Below are positions 51,701 to 64,000 of a stretch of 64,000 nt of DNA, one piece after another. Location of the stretch: NCBI GenBank assembly GCA_977030845.1, contig OZ365113.1, positions 31,000,001 to 31,064,000 on the forward strand, given 5' to 3'. The notes below the pieces were generated by a model. That model made no database searches. It was given only the letters and a program-made list of their open reading frames with translations, and was not told the DNA's origin. This stretch comes from Fimbriosthenelais zetlandica. Its lineage: Eukaryota. Made by a program: the position numbers and the translations under genes. Each line of letters starts with the position of its first letter. Within the stretch, counting starts at the first letter, position 1.

Positions 51701-54700
51701 ATACTCAGTGAGAACATTCCACAGGGGCCGTCGAGAGAAGTGTTCCGGTGAAAAGTACCGAAACAAAAGTGTCAGAGCACTCGACTTGCCCACCGATAGG
51801 TTGTCGTTTTTGCTATGACATTTATCGACGTAAAAATTAGAGGGTGTGTAGGGATATGAAAGCGCGGGATGCGAGTGGATGAGTGAGGAGTGGGATGGCA
51901 ATTTTGACCCTGCTGATAATTTCTCTGCGTACTGTCTGTATTCATAACCCTTCGTCAGAGAGGGACGTCCATGACAGCCACCCCTTTACCATCATAAATG
52001 TGTTAGCTCTCTGCTTCAAGCCTAATACCCAATGCGTTTTTAATACGCTCGATCCCAGGCTATTGGGAATGGCATCTTTTATCTGAAGCATGGCTTTGCC
52101 AGCCTCCCCTCCAACTGGACATAAGCTCAAATGAGTAACTCACTGTACAAAAGCCCCTTCTTTAGTCGCACCACCCCACGCCTCGCACTTCTCCCCCAAC
52201 CCCAACCAATGATGTTCATTTGCAATTTTCACCCCAGAATTGATTGGAGACTTTTTTCGGACTGAGGACAAACCGTGTGTAAGGGGACTTGGGGGAACTA
52301 CATGCCTCCATAACCAAATAGATGCAGACCACAGCCCTACACTGATTCGTAATTTACTCCACTGCCTCTGACTTGGTCCTGGACAGACCAGCCTTTTTAC
52401 AACAAGATGCCCTGGGGTCAATTCCGGCTCTGACCACGCCTGACTACTGACCAATACCCAAAGTCCATTCAGCCTCCACATCAATTCATAGCCATTAGGT
52501 TGACCACAAGTCTGCTGCATTCTTAATTGCACGATAAACAACCTGTTCAAAATCTCCAATATGACCGCCTCAATCTGATCGACTTCAGAATTTATGATCG
52601 CTAAGATGTTGTCAGTCTGAAGGAGACCCATCTTGGTGTACAGGGCTGACCAATTTAAAGTAGTTTTATCCATGAAAAGTAGTATACAAGTGGGGATCAG
52701 AACCAGGATCTCGTGGGGAACGTGTTATTTTCACGTGAGAGACAACTGTAGACATGGTAATTTGCAATTCAAAGAACATGTCGTTTGAAATTCATGCAGG
52801 TCTCATATATTCAGATGTAGCTAACACGAAAAATCATCTTCAAAAGTTTGTGATGGAAGGTGAGGGTGATTAGGACACCGATGGTAAGCTGTGGAAGGAG
52901 GGGCAGAGAGGAGAGTTGGGGGAAATTTCACACACCGATCCATTCTGATTGCATTCCTTGACAATAATATGATTACTCCTACACTCCAGAGCAACTCAAG
53001 TCCAGTTGCTCACTAGCCTCCATGATTAAATCAGGTTTCTGACACTAGGGGGAGCAAGTGTTTTTGTTGCTGTCCACTGACGTCGCTGCAGGAGCGCTTT
53101 TGGGCTGCTGGCTCATTGAAGTGGTTTAGGTATGGGCTAACACTCGTCAACCTGCCATGGTAAGACTTTTGCAAAGGCGCCTCTCCTAAACGGGAAGATG
53201 TTTTAATAACGCGGGCCTGATAATAACACCAAGAGAGCGTGCGAGTCAGTTATAGAAAGCACAAGTCAGTCGAGCCACTCGAAGCACTCGCTTAATGGTC
53301 AATTTGGACAGGAGAGTGGGATCGCAAAGAGAAACCTGACTGAGAAGGTGTAAGGGAAGCGATGGTGGGATGTTTTGTCAGATGAACCAATTAAAGAGCA
53401 GGCTGTTGGGTGTTAGTGAATCATTAGGCATGCCGATGGGGTTGAGGCAAGACAGCGAAAAGCATCCTTGCCCGGAACAGTATCATCCTAACTCACCCCA
53501 TCCTCTCCCCTCATCACCCCGTTGGCCACACTTAGTGTTGATGGCAGGAACCTTCACTGCTTCCCAAGATGTGGCTTCAAGATGTGGCTTCTGACAATTG
53601 CTGAGGTGTCTCACGGCTTCTTGTGTGTAATGATCTACCGCGGTTTGCACGAGCTCACACACAAGTCATAACTCTGGGCTGTATTAACTAGTAAAGGCGA
53701 GTTGCGGTGCTTGTTAAATCAGACGTCAGCAGTTTGGTTAGTTCTTAATGATTACGCCACATTCTGAGGGATGGCTTGGCCGGGGCATATATCTCCAAGA
53801 TTGTGCCGGGTCAGTTAAATGCTTTCAAAGTGTTTCAAATATAAAGGAGGAAAACTATTCAGGAAGCGCCAGAAAGTAATCAACGAAGTCATGAAACTTC
53901 AAAATGCCTATAGTACATTATGCATTGTAAGGGAGAATATTAAGTTATGAGCAGTTCCATTGTATAAGGGTTATAGCGGTTAAGACCTGTTTGTATACTA
54001 TTGCCTTGCCCTTGTTTGGTGAACCCATTAAATCTCCCGGGTCTCTAACACCCTTCCATTTGCAATTGCGATTTGCAGGTTGTTTTAGAGCTTGCCAGCT
54101 TCATCCACAGAGCAAATTGGATTGGCAAAAAAGATAGCCGAGGGTAATTTAATTTCACAATACCCATTGGGATTTAATGTTAAAGATGCAAGGACGTGTG
54201 TGTGCCCACTGATTGTTGTGTGTGGTATTGGTCCGCCTTAAAGCTATTGTTTTGCAATCGATACATTTTGCCAAGCCAAGGGCAAAAAATAAAGGATCAA
54301 TATTGTGAACGAATCAGAAGGGATGTCTCATCTCGGAAGGGGGTTTCAGATTGCCTTTCTACTGTTTCCAACAGTGTTTAATGCTTGGGAGCTAAGCGCT
54401 TGAACATGGGCGATGTTAAAAATGATCCCTTTAGCTGGCGGGCTGAGGGAAGTCATTGTTTGGCTGATGTTGATAGGAAAAAGAGCTAATTATTAATTGT
54501 GATGCTTCACAAGACATTAAAAACTTATCATTGTCTGTAATTGATTGAAACGCGACACTCATGAGCTGGCATTGTTAGGTGCGTTTGTGATGTTAGGGAC
54601 TGTTATGAGGAGGATGAAGAGCTATGGTCTTATCATCAACAGACAGCTCTCATTGTCATGGAGGATTTCATTATATATCTTTGATGCTCGTGGAGGCAAT

Positions 54701-57700
54701 TGGGTAAGACTTTTCAACACAACTCAACCGCAGATGTGCAGCTGCCTATGCCTTCTCCATTTGATGGTTTATATTCAAGTTTGTTGTATGCGAGAACTAT
54801 ATAAAAGTTATTCCATGATTATAATGATGTACTCGCTTGAAGAAATGTCAATTAATTTAAAAGCTGCACTGAACAATTTGAATTTCAGAACGGTGAAGTA
54901 TGAGAATGCCTCTGTAATGATAGGAAAGAAAGTCGTTGTCAGAGAGGAGAGCTAATATATGGGAAGACACTGTTAATTCAGCGCTATTGTTGCTGAAGGG
55001 ATGGCACAAACGAAGGCAAATTATCACTTCACATGGCGAGGTAAATTGAAGCCAGCTGAACCACATTAATCCAATGTACATCACGGCGTTTCCCTATACA
55101 CAACTACATGTCCTTATCAAAATATATGAGAATGGCTTCAGCTAAAGATACATATAAATCTGAATTAACACACCCACACCGCTCACCCATCAGGCGATGT
55201 TCACCCGCGGTGGGCTGGGGGATGTAGGCATGATGTGACATCATTAGAATCTGAGTAGGAAGCCATGCAATACTTCCGTCCTTCAGTTCCCTCAGCTCTT
55301 GATTTAGAGACCTGATCCTTGACCCTCTCCTATCAAATGTTGCAAGATTTGGGAAATGAAGCAGCGCGCACTCTAAGTTCACGCGACGGCTGCCTCGGTC
55401 ATGGTAATTAAGTATTAGCACCCATCTTTAATTATTTACTGAGCCAGAGTCAAGCCAGAGTTAGGATAAATTTGATAGCTCTGGCCCTGGTTGTAACCCG
55501 ATGTAACATCCCTCGTCAATCATTAAGAATGGATAGCCACAATCAAACAGGCATGTATCTGAGGCATCACAATCTAAACCTTATAGGGGATATTATTTCA
55601 CATCACAATTGCTCGTTGAAGCCACATTCTCTCTTGTCCATCCATACCCAAATCGACAGACACAACCTCTAGATTAACACGAAATCCAACCAAAACAAGT
55701 CAAACTAATAGAGCTCTAAATATTCATAGCTGCATTGTCTTGCTCATTGTTTTTGTGCCAGCAAATATTTCTTTACACTGGTTGATAAGAGTGATAAAGA
55801 ATAGGATGAATGTGGGGAGGCGTGACCGAGCCAGTGATCTACGGATGAACGTGGTGGTTGGGACAGACACGGGTAGACCCCACAAGTTCCTCAAACCACC
55901 GCTAAAACATTATTTATAGTTTAACAATACCCTCAGCGGCCGGCAATAGATACGTCACTTCCTCTTACACGACTGTCTTAGTTCCTCTGCCTCCTTTTAG
56001 CTGGGGGATGGGGTGAGAGGGAAAAAACTGCGCTGTCAAGGCTCGTGCCTGATCGCACAGTGTGGATTTATGCAAATTTGGATCAGGGAGGGGATCTTTT
56101 TTATGAGTCTTCTGATCCAGGCGGTTTTTAGGACTGTCTTTTTTATCTACGGTTTACACATCATCGGTTCTTGGATAACATAGATGGGAAGTCAGTGGCG
56201 TTCGCAGACAATTAGGAGACTTAATGGCGTGCAATTGGCAAAATATCACATGGCTGTCAAAGATGCAACCGTGATAAGGCAGTGGTGTTTTTTCTCTAAG
56301 CTATCTTAGGTACAATTTCCAATAATAGATGAAAATAATAATGGGGAAAAATAGAGAAAGGCACTATAAAAGTCATAGTTCGGTAGATGGACTTAAAATT
56401 TGATCACTTAAAAAAAAGTTTCAAGTTCATATATACAACGAAGGATGTTCTGAAAAATAGTGTTGAAGTCATGAGCTCGAGCTAGAAGCAAATACAATAG
56501 GATAATTCAATGGTTCCGGGGGATAAAACTGATTTTCAGGATGTCAAAGATATCAAAATGATTTATTATTTAATTGCATATTCTAATTTTCTACTTCGTA
56601 TATGTCTTCATTTGTATGACTGTCCTGGTTTGTGCATGGCCGAGTGTTTCTCAGTGATAAATCGCTTTTCTAACGGCTATTGACGGGCCTATATAACATC
56701 TAGGCAGAAGAAAAAATACATTTAAGACAAGCTGAGCTCAGCTGTCTGTAGGCACTAAAATCTCTGCTAATCTCATCGCACTCCTTGATAACCTCCCAAC
56801 CACCAGCCCCAACCGTCCCTATCACACATTACCATGACAATCAGCCCTTCATCCAGTTACACTCCCTCTTGCAATTAAAACATTAGTATTCACATCACTA
56901 CTGCAAGTATTTACAGACTGTCGAAGAAAAAATCCCCGGCCAAAACAAAGCCAGGATCCTGAGGATTCCTCAGTAAACCTCCAGCCTCTCCCAGATTAAT
57001 CCCACAGCCGAAAGTCCGATTCTTTCACCATGGCTGCTTGCTATTGTTTGCATCACTAAATGGACTTTGGTGCTGGTCTAATTATTCTGCTGGATAAAGG
57101 AATGGGGTTTAGCCATACCCGTCACCAGATTAGCTCGGCTGTTAGGTGCGGCCCAAGGCGTTACGTTCGATGACGCTCTGTTGATCACTGTTAATTGAAT
57201 CCTGGCCATTAATTGGCTGAGCATATATTCAAATTACATGGGAGCCAGGATGAGATAAACAGGCTTGTGAACAATAGAGACATTGGGCTGCCACTCGGCC
57301 ACCAAACCTGTCTCGATAATCAGATTTACAACGGTAGATGAGCCCAACTGTAAATCCCTCCTATGCCTCTTTCTTGACAGAAATACCTTCCCTTGGTTAT
57401 AGAATAAGAGCTTACAGAAGATTGATGACGAAAAAAATATATGCAAAAACTTTCACACAGCTTCTGTTGGAAGGAGGTTTACTTTTTCTTCGTAACAGTC
57501 TGGCCGCCCATTGGAAGCCACATGAATTGGGAGTGGCTTCACACTCGGCGCAGCAGAGTTACCAGCAATCATCAATGGCCAATGCTTAATCACTGAACCT
57601 TGTTCTCCCACTCATCGCTCTGCCATAATTATTCAAATTAAGCATGCAGATATGTGTCTATATAAGGTTATAGAACAAGCCAGTGCCTAATGTGCCATAT

Positions 57701-59333
57701 CCATCCCCTTCTGGGGTGGAATTATCACATAAATGCATTAAGACGCTCGACTGGAATATGGGTGCATTTATATAGAGCTTTATTCGGTGCTATTTCCTGC
57801 TTAGGATGTTCCCTTTAATTGTCTAGCGATCTTGCAGAATATCAGGTGAAAGTATTATTCCTCAAACTGATTTGTTCGAAACAGATATTTCTGTTAATAT
57901 ATTTGTAATGGAGCTATAGGAAAGAAGCCTTTTCTATAGAATACCATCAGTATTGCCAACCATTCCACTCTACCTACTGAAACCTTTTTCACCAATTGAT
58001 GATGTCAATCTGCCATTGGTGCCTTTTCAGCCCCTCTAATAAGATGGCTGTCACTTATAGAGCAAGTGACCTGTTTCAGTCTCTGGTCATATAGGCCTAG
58101 TACCATTCTAATCTACCATTCACAGTTTTGACTTAAATCAAAGCAGAGTTTACAGATGATCCCTAACCATACTGATAACTATACTTTCAGTGATAATTTT
58201 CAACTGGGGTTTCTTTTGTTTCCAAACACAAGCATAACCTCGTCCCATTGGTGGCCTGTGGTGGCGCTGACCCTGACTGACCCTAGTGGAAGCCCGCGGC
58301 ACCACCTGACATGTAAGTTTACATTGGGTCGCCGGCCGCTTGGCCCTTCAGGGCCGGGTTGCCATAGCAACCAATGCTAGCCCTCTGAAGTTACCTCAGT
58401 TTTCTTTGAGGCTGGAAAATTCATTTTCTTCCATTTATCAGCGCAGTAGCCCCAGTCTCCATTGGATTAATTGGCTGGGTTATGCACTGAGAGGAGCTCT
58501 GCAAATGGCATGGCAAATACTGGAGCAGCTCCATTCAAGGGTGTTCCTCACTTCAGGACACCGATTCACGACTGGTCAATGCATAACTCGTGCAGAACTG
58601 CCTCAAGAAAACTACAATCTGATCTACCTTAATTACCTGTTCGCCATGCACATAAAAAATATTTAAACCCATATTGATCTCGAAAGAAACTTAAATGTTT
58701 CAAATGAATTGGACGGAATGGGGAGATTTTTAAATGTTTATAGTTCATTATTACATCTGGCTAGATCATTATTAAGTCATAAGTCAATAACAAAACAAGA
58801 ATGGACAATGGTAAAAAAGTGTGCAACATGGTCCGACTATAACTGACTCTAACCGCCATGGAAACCCAATCATGTCCATGCTTATCTGAGCTTCCCCATT
58901 GTCTTGTGTTCAACCACAATCGCTCACACCGCTCTTGTGGGACATGGCTTCAAACGGCAAAGATAACGGCATGAAAGCAATGGTCGGTGGTTATAGATAC
59001 ATCAACGTGTCAACCGTGGGTCCGTAGTGGTCAATCATAGGGCAAGAGGAGCCCCAGATGGTCATCCCACCACATAGCAACCCCTGGCGGTCAGGCAGGC
59101 CAATACTAGCGACCTGAAGCCACGACCTGGAAGCCAGAATTCTCACAGAGGGGACATGGATGTCACATGACATAAAGAGTTCCTCTTCTAAAATGGCGCT
59201 CTCCTGGCATTAGTAACAACTTTTGGGTCGAGAGAGATGTGCATTGAACATCATGTGATATTCTTGAACCATTTGTAACGTTGGTTAACCTAGTTCTGGC
59301 TTACTTACACGGCCAAATCAATTACAAACCTAC

Positions 59334-59388
59334 CTGTCGTTCAACAACTATTGAAGATGGAAGTTGGAGGCAAGAGACTCACGGTGAC
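59334..59388 (-). other. Candidate 55-nt non-coding exon (or 6-nt microexon) on the minus strand
   Basis: Strong acceptor ttttattttttcttctttccag| and donor CAG|gtaggt, with stops in all frames; internal donor GTCACC|gtgagt. Confidence 0.35.
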
Positions 59389-62300
59389 CTGGAAAGAAGA
59401 AAAAATAAAAATAAATTTAATGTAGTAAATTAAAAGTGGTTATAGTGGAAGTGGATTCCTTCTATATATTGACGAAATACAAAACGATTGCCCTATCAGA
59501 TAAATATCGCTCGCTTCAAAATTAGGGTTTGTTTCCACAATAACAAGAAATCACTTTAAAAAACGATTTTCCTTTTAATAACCTACTTTTCTCTTTGCCA
59601 GCTTAATTCCCTTCCATAATCTCATGAACTATTTCCAGATATATATATATATACCTAGGCCTACGTCAGGACAACGGATGGAAAACACACAAGAAAATAA
59701 GAGTGACTGCCAGAAAGGAAAAGAAGAAGACTCTGGATGAAATGGAAAAAACTTAATGATTCAATTAATTTAGAAACTTTATACATTATGTTTTCATTCT
59801 GGGGATGGTCATGTCTACGGGAAAGGGTTCGTCAATCAGAGGTAGAGTAGAACATTGATTCGGGGAGCAGAACATGGGTTCGGGATGAAGAACATTAGAG
59901 GGGGTTGAAAACCCTTGTATGAAACAAAATTGCAGGCCATGGTGGGTGTTAATGCCTGGTTAAAGCCGATGTGTGTGACAGATATGAGTCCCGTCGTGTC
60001 ACGGCGTGTTTTATGGACCAGGTATTGATTCTTTGATTCAGGTAAGGGGATTTGCACCTGGCTTTTGTCTGTGACAGCTGTTATGTTTTTCTCTCAGAAG
60101 TGAGCGCTCGGAATGAGCTCGGAGAAAGCGCCATGGTTTAGGCTCCAATAAGACCAGTTTCTGATCAAAGTAAAAGCGGGGCGATAGGGGCGGACTGATC
60201 ATTGGAGTTTGGGAGATGGGATAGTTAGCAGGTAATTGTGCTACCCCCTACAGCCTTGTGAATGCTACCTATTTTACTGTATGTCTTGCCGCAGTCTGTT
60301 ATAACTGTTAATTCATCTCCACTTCTCTCAGTGCGTGTCAAAATACTTCAAAGGCCCGGGAATATGATGAGTGCAACTTATGAAAGATTTCAGAGCTTTC
60401 TCATTTTTGTGGTGGCTTCCAATAATAAAAAGCGGTTGGAATTCGCACCAGATGAACTCTGAGGATAAGAGAACAAACTGTAATTAAAAGCAAAATATTC
60501 TCCATGTCTTGTTTCTTCTCCTCTGAGAAGCAAACAAAACTTAAAAGGTTGCTTCACAGAGGAGGGTGTAGGGTGGCCTTTTGAAATGGCGCGTGCAAAG
60601 TGATTAGGTAATTTGAGGCCGTTTATTTCCTCGTCCTCTCGTTTTTCTCTCCCATTAATTGAAGCAGATCAACTCATTTGATAGGACCCACACTGGCAGT
60701 GCATGTTCCCATCTGAAAAATAACCATGCCTCTAATCGGTTAGTAGCGCCGGCACAGTACTTGAATGGGGCCATGCAAGCCGGAAAGCTGGGAACAAAAA
60801 TAAAAATCCCAAGCTCGCCAGTTCCCCATTCTTGCCCGACACTAAATGCAATAATTACTCAGCAATGTAAGTGAGTGCAGTGTTGGAATGTATCACATCG
60901 ACAAATGTCACTGCCGCGGCACCAGCACAGCAGGGCGTGTCTATCGCAGGCTAAGTAGTGCCGATAATTTTGATAATTTGGAGTTCTGGCAAGTGACAGC
61001 AATTTTTGGCCAGCAATGCTCAGGCCAAAGCTTTGCCATGTGCCATGTAGAGAATGCTGCTGCACCACCAGTACCCCCATCTATATAATAATACAAGGGG
61101 GAAGATGTGGGAGGCCTAACAATGGCACTAAAAGACACAGGCCTGTCTGTAGGAGAGGCGAGAGTGGGAGAGAGAGCTTCCCCATGCAACCAACCCCACC
61201 CCCAACCTCCACCCCAAAGATAAAACATTGGATGCCTGAACACTAAAGGTCATAATGTCAGTGATCAATTCTTGATTCACTGAAGTCCCCTGATTCCCTC
61301 CCCTCCTCCCTGACATCACAAAGATCTAAGAAGGCGATACTTGACAATGGACCATCAGCTGCCAATCGCCCCTCATTGCAGTCAGTCATTACCCTGCTTT
61401 CCATATCATACGCAAGATTCCCTACCTAGGAATCCATTTTGAAACCTTTGCCACTAAATATTTATTCTCAAATGTCTTTGAAAAGTGTCTCATATACATG
61501 TAATATGAAATAAAATCACTTTTTTCACTTCTAAGGCATGAACAGCAATTCCTGGGAGTCTTGTTTTCTCAAGGAAGATAGCGGTATTCACTTAGTTAAA
61601 TGTGTTTTGGATGATGGCACTATAAGACAAATGGCGATTGGGATAGATGAAAGAAACACTAATATTTGATGTCCGAATGGCGATGATAATCTATAGAAAA
61701 TCATAGGATGATCAGGAGAAAGGCATGTCTATGAATCATAGAGATAATTATCATAAATTGCCATCAGCATTTTTCATGGATTATTCAGGCTGGTCATTCA
61801 TTTCAGCTAAATTTCCTATTGACCCTCATTTTGACCCACTAGGTTCCCATAATGAGCCTACATCTTGTTAAATTTGAACGGTCTATGAAATGCTAGGGAT
61901 TTGCATGTTTCACCTAGCATATGTTTCTTTTAGCATATTTAATAAAGCAGAGTCTTATAGCTGATGTTGTACAATGATCTAGACAAAAGCATTGTTGACC
62001 TGACATAGAAATGGATGACTTAGCTTTTGGATTTTAGGCATGTTTATGACATAAATGATGGGAGATCCAAGTGTTCCAAATATTTTTCAAATGAAAAAAT
62101 AATGTGATGGGTGACTAAAACATGTTGTATAGGACTGGGAGGCTATAGGAAAGGAAGCATCCATATCTGGTGTGCTGCATGAGATAGGAGGACGATATAA
62201 TCCTCCCAATCAGTGTGTGCCAAAGGCTGCCTCTCAGGAGGAGTCACACTGGAGCAACTCCTGGGTAGGAGACACTCCCCAGAGCTGCTCACAGAGGGTA

Positions 62301-64000
62301 GAGGAGGCCTCCTATAAGAGGACATCCCCTCCCACAGGGGGCCCAGTCTGACCAAGAGGGCATTTTGTGGAGGGCTGGGATGCTAGCCATGGCTCCCTCA
62401 AGGCATTTCCCACTGGGCCTTGGCTACACATTGCTGGTTTGGGAATATGAGCCAGCTGGAAAGTTTACTTTCACCTCTTACTGGGGAGGTTAGGGTTGAG
62501 GAAACAAGAAATTGGTGAGGATGGTGGTTATTTTGATGAATTACCACAGCTAGAGCCCTGGTGTAAGTGGGTGGGGGCCAGACGTCAAGTGATTAAATCA
62601 ACTATTAAGGACATTGATGTTTTGGTGATGAAATGATAAAAAGTGTACCTCAGTTTCCCTAAACATGGGTTCAGGTTATCTTCTCTTTAAGAACTTATTG
62701 CGAGGTCTATCCTTTATCCGATAACTAGTTTTTTTCATCACTTAATGATGAACTTTAATTTAACCAATCCGGTCCCACCAACTACAAAAATATTGTCATT
62801 GTCCTTCCAGAATATAAGCAAGCATTGGAATCGTTTAAACCCATATTTAATTATACAATTGAAACAATGGGAGCAAATGAACGTCTTTTCAAGTGGGGAA
62901 TACATTTATGGACAACCCCTTTACTGTGGTTGTTTTATCGATCAATTAGCGTGCCAAGACACCCCTAGTGTGATGTCTTTTTTCTGAGTCTTTAAGAATC
63001 ACTTAAACTGTCAACATTGAAAAAAAAGATGCAACAAAAACAATGGCCTACCATGAACACAACCGCGCTGTCGGAGGCATTGGGAAACATCAATACCAGT
63101 GCAATGTCTGGCGGCTCAGGCTTTTTTTTCTGTGGGACCTTATTAAAACGCAGAGTCTGTCATTTAATGGGGTAATCTAGGTTCACACACAAGGTTTTAT
63201 GTCTTAATTAGATGTAATGTAGAGGAACGATGGTTATTGACATTCTCAGTACATTGCTGTGCCAACTGCCATGCACACACACACCGCACTGTTTCCACAC
63301 AGATTTCTCTCTCTTTCGCTTCACCCATAGAGCAGCACTATCAAAGCCAGTAAAGCCATTTAAAGACCAAGGAGTATTGAATTTCACAGTCTCACACGCA
63401 TTTATGCTTTTTGCTATGTTTGTATGGCGTATTTTGTATGTTACAATGTACCGTTTGACCCGTCAATGTGTTCTCAGTCTCTCTGTATATAGATTCCTCT
63501 TTTGCCTTGAAGTTCAATGAATGGCGGGCTTTTTGGGGGAGGAATGAGTATTTCCATAACCGCGACCCTCATCTAACACCTCATCCCCTTTTTTCTCTGC
63601 CCATGTTAAAATTTTTTCTTTTGTTGTGTGTAATTGAAATACCAGAACTACCAAGGCTCCTCTCTGTCCTCATTCCATTCTATATAAGGTCATGGTTGCC
63701 CAAAATGTTGAATATTGGGAGTTTACTTAATAAAATAAAACTAAATATCCTTGTGATTTATTACATATTGATTAGTCAATGAAAAGATGTGAGTTTGAGG
63801 AAACTGTATCATATTAAGAGGACATTCACAATTCATATGAAGCCTCCTCGTTCTTAGCAACTCTGCTTCCGATCAGAATATCTTTATTTTCCATTTTTAA
63901 ATACCGACAGTAAAACTTTGATAAGAAATTCTATCAAACCTTTTAAAGGTCCCTGTCCTCCCAAATTTCTTTCTCATGGTATACCCTAAGGGGAGTGCTC

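Noticed and set aside
52140-52673. 177-aa minus-strand ORF
   Set aside because: No recognisable motif, atypical composition and no supporting exon structure; likely chance.
60951-60963. ctaagtagtgccg resembling miR-252
   Set aside because: It lacks three bases of the mature sequence as I recall it, and the flanks do not form a hairpin.

Overview
Eukaryotic (animal, probably marine invertebrate) genomic DNA with GT-AG introns; no prokaryotic operons or CRISPR. The left 15 kb holds three genes. The first is the 3' part of a dienelactone-hydrolase-family gene (+) with Ser in place of the usual Cys nucleophile. The second is a ~2,077-aa, almost intronless gene (-) with an unusual architecture: four cold-shock/OB-fold repeats, a ZNFX1-type SF1 RNA helicase, NF-X1-type zinc fingers, a coiled coil and two tandem ADP-ribosyltransferase (PARP-type) domains (H-Y-E, then H-Y-M). 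The third is a 13-exon cathepsin A-like serine carboxypeptidase (+). The 16-23.3 kb segment is repeat-rich: nested tandem duplications, a 31-bp minisatellite, hairpins and two tRNA-like heads. A 5-6-exon coiled-coil gene spans 25.3-41.0 kb (+). In 41.2-64 kb I could not support any coding exon; it looks like a regulatory gene desert. The best candidate for an undescribed system is the ZNFX1-like helicase with a dual-PARP effector end. All coordinates and motifs were read by eye; no searches were run.
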